A DNA stretch of 63,965 nt, the filler included, from Olpidium bornovanus S191 (Eukaryota > Fungi > Olpidiomycota), in assembly GCA_017911155.1 (NCBI GenBank). It is 35 parts of 35 records of this genome, joined end to end, with 100 filler letters (N's around TTAATTAATTAA, not from the genome) between each part and the next. Parts side by side here need not be neighbours in the genome. Positions count along the whole stretch, not along the records: positions 35,034 to 38,353 come from JAEFCI010012117.1; positions 38,454 to 39,797 come from JAEFCI010005905.1; positions 39,898 to 41,306 come from JAEFCI010001459.1; positions 41,407 to 42,868 come from JAEFCI010007743.1; positions 42,969 to 44,509 come from JAEFCI010010756.1; positions 44,610 to 46,115 come from JAEFCI010005736.1; positions 46,216 to 47,978 come from JAEFCI010007466.1; 28 more parts are not named here. One strand, given 5' to 3'. This document shows, in pieces, positions 35,196 to 46,373 of this stretch. Each line of letters starts with the position of its first letter. Position 1 is the stretch's first letter. The position numbers were made by a program, and so were the translations under genes. The notes under the pieces are model-generated. The model did no database searches, was not told where the DNA came from, and worked only from the letters and a program-made list of their open reading frames with translations.

Positions 35196-36359
35196 ATGGC
35201 TCTCAAGTTGCGTGTCTTGATTCCGCCTGGCCCGCTTACGGCCGCCGCCAAGGCGAAGAAGCGCAAGGCCTCGGTCTTAGAGGATGCCGCCCTCGCCGAG
35301 AACGCGCCGGCCGCCCTTGCTGCTGAGGAGGGGTACCGCAAGTTCGTGGTTTTTGCCCAGCCGGGCGACACCGTCGCCCAACTCAAGGAGACCATCCTAG
35401 TTCAATACAAGCGGCTGTTTGCCAGGGACGGGTAGGTGCTTGGCTGCTTGCCCTCTCGCGTGCTGAGCGCGAAAATTTCCCCCATTCCGCCCTCCCCACC
35501 CCTCTCTCCCGCCGTTTGCCTCGCTGGTTGTCCCGCCGGCGGCAACTGGCGCGCGACACGCTTCGCGGCGGTGCGTCGTCACCAACCGACTCCTGTGGTT
35601 GTTTTGTCAGTAGCGCCCTGCGGTAACAGGCCTCGTGATCTTGACGTCAGACGACCAGCCGCTGAGCTCTCGACCCTCCTCGTTTCACCCCTTCTCAGAA
35701 CTTCGGTCCCGAAAAACATCCCTTTCCTCAAGGACGCCAACGGCTTTGTCGTCGACGATGCGTACGTTGCCGCCCACTGTTTCGCCGAGGACTCGCGGGT
35801 GTATGCCGAGAAGCCGGTGAGGCGCCGAAGGCGCAACGCGAGGGCGAAGACCACCGGCGGCGTGGGGGCAGACGCGGAAGATATTCACCCGCGGCAGCAC
35901 GACGACGACGACGACGACGACAACGATGACGACGAGGAGGAGGAGGAGGGAGAGGAAGAGGAGGAGGAGGAGGAGTCCACACCCGAGCCCGCGGTCGCCC
36001 CGGTTCGTCCTCCTCCCGAACGGATGGCGAAAGAGGCGAAGGACGCCAGGCACAAGGCTAAAGAACACAAGGTGGATAAGGCCGAGCCGTCGGAACGGAA
36101 GGTCATTGAGGTGAAAAAAGACGAGAAGAAGAAGAAAAAAGAGAAGAAGCACCAGCCAAAGCCGTCGGCTGCGGCCGCTCTCGTCGGGCCCGCGAGCACT
36201 GTCGCTGGCGCCCCTACCCCTTTGGCTAAAAAGCTGAAAACGCATGCAGGCGCCAACGTTCAGACCTCGTCTTCCAAGAAGAACCCGTCGAAGCTGACGC
36301 CCAAAAAGCCGACATCTGAGTCAGAGAGCAATGGGGAGGATGAAAGTGACGCCGAGTAA
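35196..36359 (+). CDS. Net1/Tof2/Dnt1-like nucleolar protein (Cdc14-binding-type N-terminal domain, acidic and Lys-rich tail)
   Basis: Exons 35196-35431 and 35699-36359: MALKLRVLIPP..YRKFVVFAQPGDTVAQLKETILVQYKRLF|..LKDANGFVVDDAYVAAHCFAEDSRVY, followed by poly-D/E and poly-K tracts. Confidence 0.6.
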
Positions 36360-36900
36360 AATGATAACGTCCCATTTTTCTTTGGCAATTTTTTGTGGAT
36401 TTCCAGTATATTCCTTTCCAATATTTCTTTGGTCGGATTTCCACTTTCTTCAGGTCCCTTCAAGTTTATTGGAAATGCAGACAACTGATGCGGCCGCTGA
36501 GGGAATTCCAGATCTTTTTCGGGCTCCACGTACTTTTGGATGTGGAACTCATCCGAGAGTGGTGTTTGGGGAGTGCTGTGTGTGTGCGTGTGTGTGTGCG
36601 CGTGTGTGTGCGCGTGTGGCGGTAGAGTCAATGGGCTTCTGTGGGCTTCCCTCGTAATTCACTTGACTTGTCAACAATCTCGAAACCTACCATCCATTCT
36701 TGAGCAAGTCAAGCGCAACAATAAATTTTCGTGACGTTTCTGGCGATCTTCCGACATAAGGTTTCGACTCTTGGCAAAACTATCATTGCGAAGTTATCCG
36801 TCAAGAACGGCAAACTTTTTTCACCAACGTTGCACGGTGTTGCCCGCCACCGCAAACTTCGCGGGGCTGCAAGTCTGCGGGAGCCGGAAGGCACAAGGGT

Positions 36901-38353
36901 ATGGAAAGCAGCCAAGCGGCAGACTATCATATGGCAGAGCAGCTGCCGCAGCGGCAAGTCGTCAGGTGCGGGGTCGCGAACCCCTTAAGCCGGGCCGATG
37001 GTTCCGGACCCAGTTCGTCCGAGGTTTTTGCGTTGCGGAAGCCGCAGTCTCCAACGGGGGCTCGCGGTGGGGCGGGCGATCGCCTGGGCGCGGCACTGCC
37101 GAGGATATGGACGGGACCGGGGAACGGATCAGAAATCGCCTCTGCGTACCCCGGCTGCGGACCCTCTGCCGCCTTCCCTGCCGGTCAAGACTTGTCCCCG
37201 CACGCCGCTCTGCCGCCCTCGCGAAGCGCCAAGGGGCGGCGCCGCGCGACTGCTGCCGTCCTTTTCTCGGAAGTTGTTCTCGAAGACGCCCCGCTGTCCG
37301 CGCCGCCGGCCCGCGGCGGTGGTGACGTCCCGGCGGCCGACCTGTTCCTGGAATCCGTCGAAGCGACGGGTTGCCCCGGCTGCGAAGTAGAGCTGTACGG
37401 CCCTGTGGACGGAGTGCAGGCGGACAAGACTTTTGCCGGCCGGCAAAGCGCCTTAAGAGCGACGCCTGATCGGCACGGCGTCCCCTGCCTCGAGAATTGC
37501 TATCGCCGAACATCAGAAAATGCGTATCAATGGAGACGAGCCGACCGCATGCTGGCCAGCCGAGAATCTGCTTCGCCAGGTAGCACCGTATGTTGACGAC
37601 ATTGCTGCTGCTTTTCGCCAATGGGATCTTTTGGGGGGAATTGCCACATGTGATGCCCTAAAGAAGAACACAATTGAATGCAACTTCGTTTTTCCAATCG
37701 AAACATGTGACAACCGATCACGTTTATCGTTGGTTGTTCAGGTTCATGCTCTGCTGAGTCTTCTTCGCCTCGGCCGAAATACGTGTACACGGCGCCGTGT
37801 GAACGTCGTCTGGCAGAAAACGAGCCCAGTTACGCGGTAATCGATAAGCTGGGAAAATGCCAAAACGACGTCTCGAGGATCACGTTTGGAGTGCGGATTG
37901 CAGATTTTCTCCCGCTTGCATTCAAGACCGTGACCAATCCGACGCTGTTCCGAACGGAACTCGCGGTCCTGCGGCACATTGACAAGTGCCGGCGGACCGC
38001 GACCTGTCCCCACATAATCCACCTGACGGACCACTTCACAGACGATAACGGGGACCCGATTCTGGTGTTCCGCAAACACGAAAAGCTCTCCTGGGAAGGC
38101 CTGGATCTCATCGACATTGCGTGTCACGCCCGGGAGCTGATGCTTGCCTTGAGAGCGATTCACAGCGTCGGCATCGCGCATTTGGACGTGAACCCGGCAA
38201 ACCTGATGAAGGACAAGAAGGGCCGCCTGGTTCTCATCGATTTCGGCCTGGCGAGGGAGTGCGTCCCGGAGGACCAACGCGGTCGCAAGAGCGCGGCAGT
38301 CGATGCATCGCCCAATCTCATCGGCATGGGAGTCACGTGCGCGGAGTGCAACG
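36901..38353 (+). CDS. Divergent protein kinase with a long disordered N-terminus (3' truncated)
   Basis: Exons 36901-37579 and 37742-38353 join in phase 1. LAFK (beta3 Lys), FRTELAVL (helix C Glu), HLDVNPAN, DFGLAR. Confidence 0.82.
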
Positions 38354-38498
38354 NNNNNNNNNNNNNNNNNNNNNNNNNNNNNNNNNNNNNNNNNNNNTTA
38401 ATTAATTAANNNNNNNNNNNNNNNNNNNNNNNNNNNNNNNNNNNNNNNNNNNNGGGGGGGAGGGGACCCGGGGGGAACCCGGCCCCCACAAAACTTTG

Positions 38499-38537
<39 letters not shown>

Positions 38538-38587
38538 GATGGGTGATGTGGACCCAACCACCCTGACTCGCTTCTCCCGGCCGCTAG

Positions 38588-39771
38588 GCGACCGTGCACC
38601 GCGCGAACCACGATCCAAACGCCGTCCAGCAGTGCACCCTCTTGTCGATAAAGACGGGAGGCTGCACGGAAGACTGCGCCTACTGCCCGCAGTCCTCGCG
38701 CTACGACACGGGCGTCAAGGCGTCGAAGCTCCTGGAAGAGGCGACGGTGCTCGGGGCCGCGCGCAAGGCGCGCGAGCGGGGGAGCACCCGCTTCTGCATG
38801 GGCGCCGCCTGGCGGGACGTCGGCGGGAAAAAGACCAACTTCGGCAACATCCTGAAATACGTGAAGGAGATCCGGTGAGGAAAAAAAAAAAAAAAAGGTC
38901 ATCGTCTCCGCGGGACGAGCGCGAAGGCGACAGGAAAATTTTTCCGTCGCGCCGCTCACCACGGGGGGGCCCCGTTCCTGCACTTGTGTTTTGCAGCGCT
39001 ATGGGAATGGAAGTGTGCTGTACGCTAGGAATGCTGACTCCGGAACAGGCGGCCCAGTTGAAAGAAGCTGGGCTGACTGCGTACAATCACAATCTCGACA
39101 CCTCGAGGGAGTTCTACCCAAAGGTACAGAAAAATTTTCTGGTTATTTCATGCCACTTTGGCGCAGAACGTGTGTATTTGTTTTTTTCAGCCATAAGGTA
39201 TCATTGACGGTAAATCTGTTTTCAGATTATTGGGACGCGGACTTACGACGACCGCCTGAACACGATTGGAAATGTCCGGGACGCGGGCATCTCTGTGTGT
39301 TCCGGTGGCATTGTCGGCTTGGGAGAGTCGGACGAAGACCGGGTGGCTATGCTTCACACGCTGGCTACTTTGCCCGAACACCCCGAGAGCGTACCGATCA
39401 ACGCGTTGCTGGCGGTTCCGGGAACCCCGCTGGAAAACCAGCAGGTGAGAAATCGGCGGGTGGTCATGCCTCCGGACTTGGAGTTCGTAAGCTTGGCTTT
39501 ATCGCGGCGGTTCTCCAGTCCATGTTGATTTGTTTTTTTCACCCGAATTGTTAGCCAGTCAGCGTATGGGAAATGGTGCGCATGATCGCCACCGCGCGGA
39601 TTATCATGCCGCGGTCGATGATACGTCTGTCAGCGGGCAGAATCCGGTTCAGTATCCCGGAGCAGACGCTCTGCTTCATGAGCGGCGCAAACTCAATTTT
39701 CACTGGAGACAAATTGCTGACCACCCCCAACAATCACATATCTCAGGACGAGGAGATGTTTAAGACCCTTG
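38588..39771 (+). CDS. BIO2: Biotin synthase (radical SAM), four internal exons
   Basis: [16 protein letters not shown] (CxxxCxxC), [58 protein letters not shown]. Confidence 0.96.
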
Positions 39772-41449
39772 GTGAGTCGGACAAAATTTTTACGGTANNN
39801 NNNNNNNNNNNNNNNNNNNNNNNNNNNNNNNNNNNNNNNNNTTAATTAATTAANNNNNNNNNNNNNNNNNNNNNNNNNNNNNNNNNNNNNNNNNNNNCAT
39901 GCAGACCGCCCAGCTAATTCGCCGGCTGCCGAATTACGTTGTGCCCGGCGACACTTATGTTTCTCTACGGCGCTTTAATATATAGTTATATCGAATGACA
40001 TATAAACTTTATCAAGTAGATATGTTCGAGTCCTGTTAGAAGTATAGCTAATTACCTAGTAGTTATTAGAAACCTGCTTGCTCTGATTTGATGAAGAGCA
40101 GAGGCTTTCTCACTTCCGCGATCCGCGATCAGATAGCCGGCGGCGCAAATAACAAAATAATAAAATTACAAAAACAAAAATCAAAAGTTCCTTTTAGGCC
40201 GGCTCGCAACGTTAAATTGGACGACGTGTTTCTGGATATAGCCGCAAGGTCCATTGCAATCGCGAGCACGCGAACGATGCCGCGTATTCCGGAGAAATCA
40301 AATGCGGACGCCGCGGCGCCTCACTAATGCGTGTCAGTTCCTTGACTGTCCTACTTGGTCCTTTTTGCGCCGGACGTTCTGCGGATGGTCAGTCGGCGCC
40401 TTTCTGCTGTGTCGAGGAGAGCCTGGCGCGCGCTCGGGCAATAATCACGTCCCCCGTTCGTTTTGCGAATGCTATTCCCCGTGGGAGTTTGAAGTTAGGG
40501 GTTTCTGACACTTTATGTTGATTTTCATTGGCCTATTTTAAAAAAAGTTTCTTTTCTGGTATGCGCCTCTAATGCGTCGCAGGGAGCCCCTCATTCTGGT
40601 GTGCGCCCCTTGCCTGTTCTAAGGGACGTCCAGTTCTGGTGTGCGCCTCTTGCCCTTCGACAGGGAGGAGGGGTTAAGTTCTGGCGTCGGGAGGTGTCCG
40701 TTTTGTCGTGTTTCCCCGAGGCGTCGAAGGGGGATGTCCACTCCTAGCCCCGCAATGCCTGCTGCCGCCCTAACCTGAAGGAGACGAAAACCCAGTGCTG
40801 CCACGGGACTTTACAAGGGCAGCAGACAGTATCTTAGATACTGATACTGTACTGGCAAGATACCAACCCTAACCCCAAGTATAATTGGGCCCAGGGCCAG
40901 CCTAATTCGAGCGGTCGTATTGTATAATTCCTGTCAGGGATAGAATAATTCTTGATGCCCATTTTGTGAGTAACAACGCATATCCGAATTTTTGAAGCAT
41001 CAAAAAAAGAACGGAAAAAATGGACGCCAGCGAATGTCAAGAAAAAGTTACGCCACAACCTGTGAAAAAAAAAGGACGATGCAGATTGTCAAAAAAAGAA
41101 AACGAAAAATCAAAAGGTACGCCGGGAATTGCCAACAAAATACCACACAGACAAGGCTGAGATCCTCCAAGTTCGCTAACAAGGCGAATTATTGTTCGTC
41201 GGCAGACATCCAAAAATAAAAACTTTCTGCGGGCCCGCTCGTTCAATCCCCGCCCTTTTATCTGAACAAACCTTGGGCGACAATGGGCTGTGCGGCGCAC
41301 TGAGAGNNNNNNNNNNNNNNNNNNNNNNNNNNNNNNNNNNNNNNNNNNNNTTAATTAATTAANNNNNNNNNNNNNNNNNNNNNNNNNNNNNNNNNNNNNN
41401 NNNNNNAGCGAACGTTTTAGCACAGGACCCAGTGAGTCCACCGGCCGCG

Positions 41450-42723
41450 TTACCTTGGACATCTTTCCTGATCGGCTCCAAAGACGCCAAATCCTCCGCC
41501 TCTTCGATCTGCTCCCTGTAATCCATGACCTCGGAGAGCAACTCGAAGTCGTTCTCCGCCAAGGAGACATCCTCGGCGATAGGTTTCCCATACAGCTCAA
41601 GCTTATTAAAATATCAGCGAAGGTCAAAGTACAGTACAAAAGATCCTTGCTGGCAATGAAAGGGAACCGGCAGTGGCTTACTAGGTACATGCCCCGCTGT
41701 ACCGGGTCCTTCAGCAACCGGTAGCCCTTGTTCGCGAACGCGGACTGCTGCTCGGCAAAGGCGTGCTCTTTCTGAAATGGGCGGTGCGAGGTCCGTCAAT
41801 GTCGGAGGCGGGAAGACTTGCAGCCGGTGCGGTGCTCGACTCGCGACCGAAAGCCACACTCGCAAGCGGAAACACCGCAGGCAGCAGAAGTCGATAGCGG
41901 TGCGCGGCGGCGCTGTCCCGGTATTGTACACGCGATCCACGGCCTTCTAAAAACTAGCAGCGCAAAGTCAAGTCATGTGGCGAACACCCGCGCCGAACGG
42001 CTCACCTGCGACTTCTGCGAGTGCGCGTCCGGGTGCACTCCCTGCTGAATGTTCAGGAAGTTGGCACGCAGTTTTTGGAGGTCTATGTCGAACCCGATCT
42101 TCCCGGGACTTCCGGCGTAACAGTCGAAGGTGGCAAAACGGACAGGAAGCAAACGCAGCGGGTGAGGAAAACTTCTCGCGTTTCCCGCCAGGCTCGCGGA
42201 ACGGCCAAAGCGCAGCCAAAATAGATGACCAGCACAGCAGGGACGAGGTGATGAAAACTCCAAGGGTCACGGGGCGCTTCCTTGTCCCGGGAGTGTTCCG
42301 GATAAACCGCACAAACAGTAGCCGGACGTACCCCAAGAGCATGTCAAAGTATGAGAGCCCCTTGACGAGCGGCAGGGCGGCCTTGCACTTCGGGTCCGGG
42401 CATTGGACATTTTCGGGGGGCGAAATGCCGCCGCACCTCCAGCACGTTCGCGCCGCCTCTTCAATCTCCTCCTCCGTGCGCGGGGGAGGCTTGTCGTTTG
42501 GTCGCGCCGCTCCGGAAGAAACCCACCTATGTGTCCCGGAAGCGCTGCCGCGCTCCGGAGTCTGCTTCCGTGTCGGAATGGTGGACGCGGCGGGGCACTG
42601 GAGCCGTGGGCATCGCGCGCACAAGCGGGCCGAGATGGCGGGTGCGCCTGGAGGGGCCGCGTCGGCGGCAACCGTGCAGGCGACGGCGGTCCTCCTTCCG
42701 AGCACGAGTGCCGGCCTGCTCAT
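41450..42723 (-). CDS. JAC1: Mitochondrial Fe-S co-chaperone HscB/HSC20 (3' truncated)
   Basis: Basic targeting peptide, CWRC..CPDPKC, YFDML, J-domain FDIDLQKLRANFLNIQQGVHPD (HPD), NKGYRLLKDPVQRGMYL|LEL, FELLSEVMDYREQIE. Confidence 0.9.
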
Positions 42724-42819
42724 GGAATTGACGGCGGCTCCCCGGTTGCGAGAGCGAAGCGGCTTTTGGCAAGGGCGGCGGCGTGTGAGCGTGTGGGTTC
42801 CGAACGGTCGGTCACACAG

Positions 42820-42859
<40 letters not shown>

Positions 42860-43018
42860 GAAAAGACANNNNNNNNNNNNNNNNNNNNNNNNNNNNNNNN
42901 NNNNNNNNNNNNTTAATTAATTAANNNNNNNNNNNNNNNNNNNNNNNNNNNNNNNNNNNNNNNNNNNNACCTCCCCGCCATATTTTTTTTTTTTTTCCCG
43001 AAGTGCGCCTCTCTCCAC

Positions 43019-43222
43019 CTTTTCCAGGGTTTCGAGCCCGGCGAGGTACGACTTTTCCGTGGACAGGATCTCGTTCATGGTTAAGGTGCTGGGCGCGCTG
43101 CGGGAGGCACTTGTCTGGGGTGAGAGAGCCGGAAAGGGAAACAAGTCCCGTCCCCCCCTCCTCCTTCCCTCACTTTCCCCGCCTCGCCCTCTCGCCTTCC
43201 CCGAACTTACTGCGGGGCCCAT
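43019..43222 (-). CDS. RhoGEF (DH domain) start fragment
   Basis: Exon 43114-43019 (cccag|..|gtggag) reads TMNEILSTEKSYLAGLETLEK, typical of DH helix 1. Possible first exon MGPA|gtaagt at 43222. Confidence 0.55.
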
Positions 43223-43325
43223 TTTTTTTTGTTTTTTTCCTCACACCCAACCTTCCTCGACCCCACTTCCCCTAACCAAAAAAAAAAAAAAAAAAAAAAA
43301 ACGGTTGGGTGCGCCGCCCCGGCAG

Positions 43326-44345
43326 CAAACGTCCTGCCGCCTTTTTCTTTTTCTCCACCCGGCGGGTTTACCGGCGACGGCGACCGGGTCCGCCTGGCCC
43401 TCGCCGCCCGCTACGGGGACGTCCGCCGGCAGCTGCCACCGCACGTGCTGTACGAGGCGTCCCTGACCACCCTCCTGCTCCTGCCGTGGGGTGAGGAGGA
43501 GGAGGAGGCGGCGGAGGGGGGGCGGGGAGGCGGCGGGCCTCGGAGGTTTTTCCCCCCCGCCTCGTCGCTTTTCCCCGGAAACGGCACCGCCGCCGCTCAC
43601 CCGGGCCTGCGGCGGCCGCGGCGGCGGCCGACCGAGGTCGACGATTGGATCGCGCGGTCGAGGGCCGAGACGGCCAGGTTCGACCGGGCGGCGTGCGCGG
43701 CGCTGACGGTGTACAACCGGCGGAAGATGTGGAGGCGCGGGGAGTGCCATATCGAGGTGGGCGGAGGAAGGGTGGAAGGAAGGAGGGTGGGGGGAGAAAT
43801 TTTCCCGGGGAGCCGGCCGGAAAAAAAAAAAAAAAAAATCGGTATGCGGTGATTCCATGGCGCCCAATTGAGTATTATTTTTTTTTCCTCTCCCCCGTCC
43901 GAGCAAGGTGACCTCCCCGGAGGAACACGGCTGCAAGTCTGTTTGGGCGCCCGCGTTCCAGGTGGTGCCCGGGTGGTGGGAGACGGTGGTCGCGGGCGGC
44001 GGCGGCGGCGGCAGGGCGCGGAATCGCGGGGCCGGCGAGCGCGAGCCGAAGAGCCCGGCGGTGACGGAGTGGCTCGTGGAGCGGGAGATCACGCTCATCA
44101 GCGTGTTCGCGAGGCGCGCGCGGTGCGGCGCCGCCGCCCACGCCGCCCCGCTGGGCTTCGCCGCCGCGCTGGCTCTTGCGGAAAAGGACATGGCGGCGAG
44201 GGGCCTGCGCAGGCCCGCGGCGCCGGGCGTCCTGCCCGCCGGAAAAAGCGCGGACGCGTACCGCGCGGACGCTCTGGAGGGGGTGCGCTGGCTGACGGAA
44301 GGCCGCGAGTGCGTCAACGGGAGGAAGTTCGAGGTCTGCGTGTGA
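43326..44345 (+). CDS. Hypothetical protein, last two exons
   Basis: Very strong GC3 bias; intron about 43757-43907 (GAG|gtgggc..caag|GTG); ends CV* at 44345. Confidence 0.6.
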
Positions 44346-44430
44346 CACGGCGACCGTCCGCCCTCTTTAAGAGAAGCCGGCTCCTCACCGAAAGTGGTTT
44401 TTTTTTGTTTGTTTTTTTGTTTGTTTGTTC

Positions 44431-44476
<46 letters not shown>

Positions 44477-44609
44477 GGGGGGGGGGGGGGGGGACCGCCC
44501 CCCCCCCCCNNNNNNNNNNNNNNNNNNNNNNNNNNNNNNNNNNNNNNNNNNNNTTAATTAATTAANNNNNNNNNNNNNNNNNNNNNNNNNNNNNNNNNNN
44601 NNNNNNNNN

Positions 44610-44810
44610 AAAATCCATTCCCGAGTTTACGTGGTTTATACCGTCAGCAAAGCGTTGGCGCTGCTCATCAAGGGGTTCCTGCCAGCGGCCGGCGTCGGCA
44701 TCATTGTCACGTTGGTTATGTGTGCAGTGGGAGTCCTGTTGCTCGACTACTTCACGCCCCATTTCAGCATGCATATCAATTTCGTGCGCTGCGGCGTATT
44801 CAGTTGGTAA
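44610..44810 (+). CDS. Possible membrane-protein exon not in the ORF track
   Basis: Frame from the contig start: SRVYVVYTVSKALALLIKGFLPAAGVGIIVTLVMCAVGVLLLDYF, a long hydrophobic segment. Confidence 0.3.
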   Translation, partial: KIHSRVYVVYTVSKALALLIKGFLPAAGVGIIVTLVMCAVGVLLLDYFTPHFSMHINFVRCGVFSW

Positions 44811-46215
44811 AGAGATCGGCCCGGAACGCCTGCTCGCGCGCACCGAAATTCGACCACTGAGTTTTCCCTCTCTCTCGACCCGCGTGATGCAGCATCTTTG
44901 TTTTCGCGTAAGTGGCATGGAGGGGAGCGGGTTCTTCACAGGGGCCGCCACAGCCAGTTAATCATTTCCCGTCCACTGCAGCGCCTTGCTGGGTATATTT
45001 TATTCAGCCAGAGTCCAAAATACGGTCGCTGTATTGGGGACCATCATTCCAATTTTACTCATAACGTTCCCAACAGCATACAAGATATCGCGTGGGGGTT
45101 TTTTTTTTGAATTTTTAAATATTTAAATTTTTTTTTGCAGCGCGGCGATACCCTCTGCGTTCCTGTGCGGCTGACAAATCGCATTCTTCGTTAGGCTGGC
45201 GGTACGAAAGAAGAACGTCTAAAATCCCAGCTCGCTTGGAAGAGCTGGCCAAGCTCCAAAATTGGGAAAAGGATAATTATCTGGTGTTCGACAACCCGCC
45301 GTCGGTCGAGCTGGCCTGTCGTTGTAGGTGTTCCACCGGCCTTTTATGCTACAGATGCCCTGCAAGACGCACGCAGTAGCGCAAACGGGCACACCTTGTT
45401 TTGCTTGCTAGTCATCACCAAGGAGATGAACGCCCGGCAGCGAGGATGGGACGAGAGCAAAGCTGATTTGGCGAGTGAGAAACCCCCCTCGCCCTCCTGT
45501 GCCCGGGTTTTAAGGCCCCCGAGCCAAAAACAATAACACGGCCGCAATCCTTCCCGCTCGCACAGGTGTACGCGATGTTTGAACGGGGAGTGAAAGAATT
45601 TCCGGAAAACGACTGTGTGCACCTCGCGTACCACCTTTACTCGTCATTCATGCGATCAGCAAGAGGCGGTTGGGTTTATCCCATTCAGCGAGCGAAAGCT
45701 CTATCGCCTCCCCTCGACGTATGACAAAACTGCGCGAAATCTGCAATGAAAAAAATATAAAATTCTGCCCCGCGAGCGAACACTCAGGCACAGATATTTT
45801 TTTTTGTGCGCGCCCGCCGCTCCCCCGGTCCCGCACACACGCATTAGACGGCTTTCTTCATCCACATGATTGAAACCCTAGCTGCGAAACAGCAGCAGAT
45901 GCGCGAGCTAGGAAAAGAATCGGCCAAGCTGGATGTCTTCCAAATTGCAGGTTGATGCCCCGCCTGACTTTTGTCCTTTCTTTGTTATTTTTTTTTTCTT
46001 TCACGGTGTTGCCCGCGAATTTGTCTTTTTTTATTTTCTGCTTCTTCAAATGATCGCGAGCGCTTGAAAACCTTTTGCCACAGAATACAAAAAGCTTCGG
46101 CAGACTGCCAGCATGNNNNNNNNNNNNNNNNNNNNNNNNNNNNNNNNNNNNNNNNNNNNTTAATTAATTAANNNNNNNNNNNNNNNNNNNNNNNNNNNNN
46201 NNNNNNNNNNNNNNN

Positions 46216-46250
<35 letters not shown>

Positions 46251-46373
46251 AAAGAGAGAACGTCGAAAATTTTCTTGTTCGGCGTTTCCATTGGCTCCCC
46301 CACGTTCCCCCTCCCCACCAAGATTTTCAAGTTAATATTTACCGGGAGGACGGGGGAAAGAAGATAAAAAAGG

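Noticed and set aside
40079-40100. Hairpin containing CTGA then TGATGA (snoRNA D'/C'-like)
   Set aside because: No flanking box C or box D was found to complete a C/D snoRNA.
40594-40654. 21-bp direct repeat with a 19-bp spacer (CRISPR-like)
   Set aside because: Only two copies, eukaryotic context and no cas genes; a simple local duplication.
40865-40876. AACCCTAACCCC telomere-like motif
   Set aside because: Fewer than two full units and internal to the contig.
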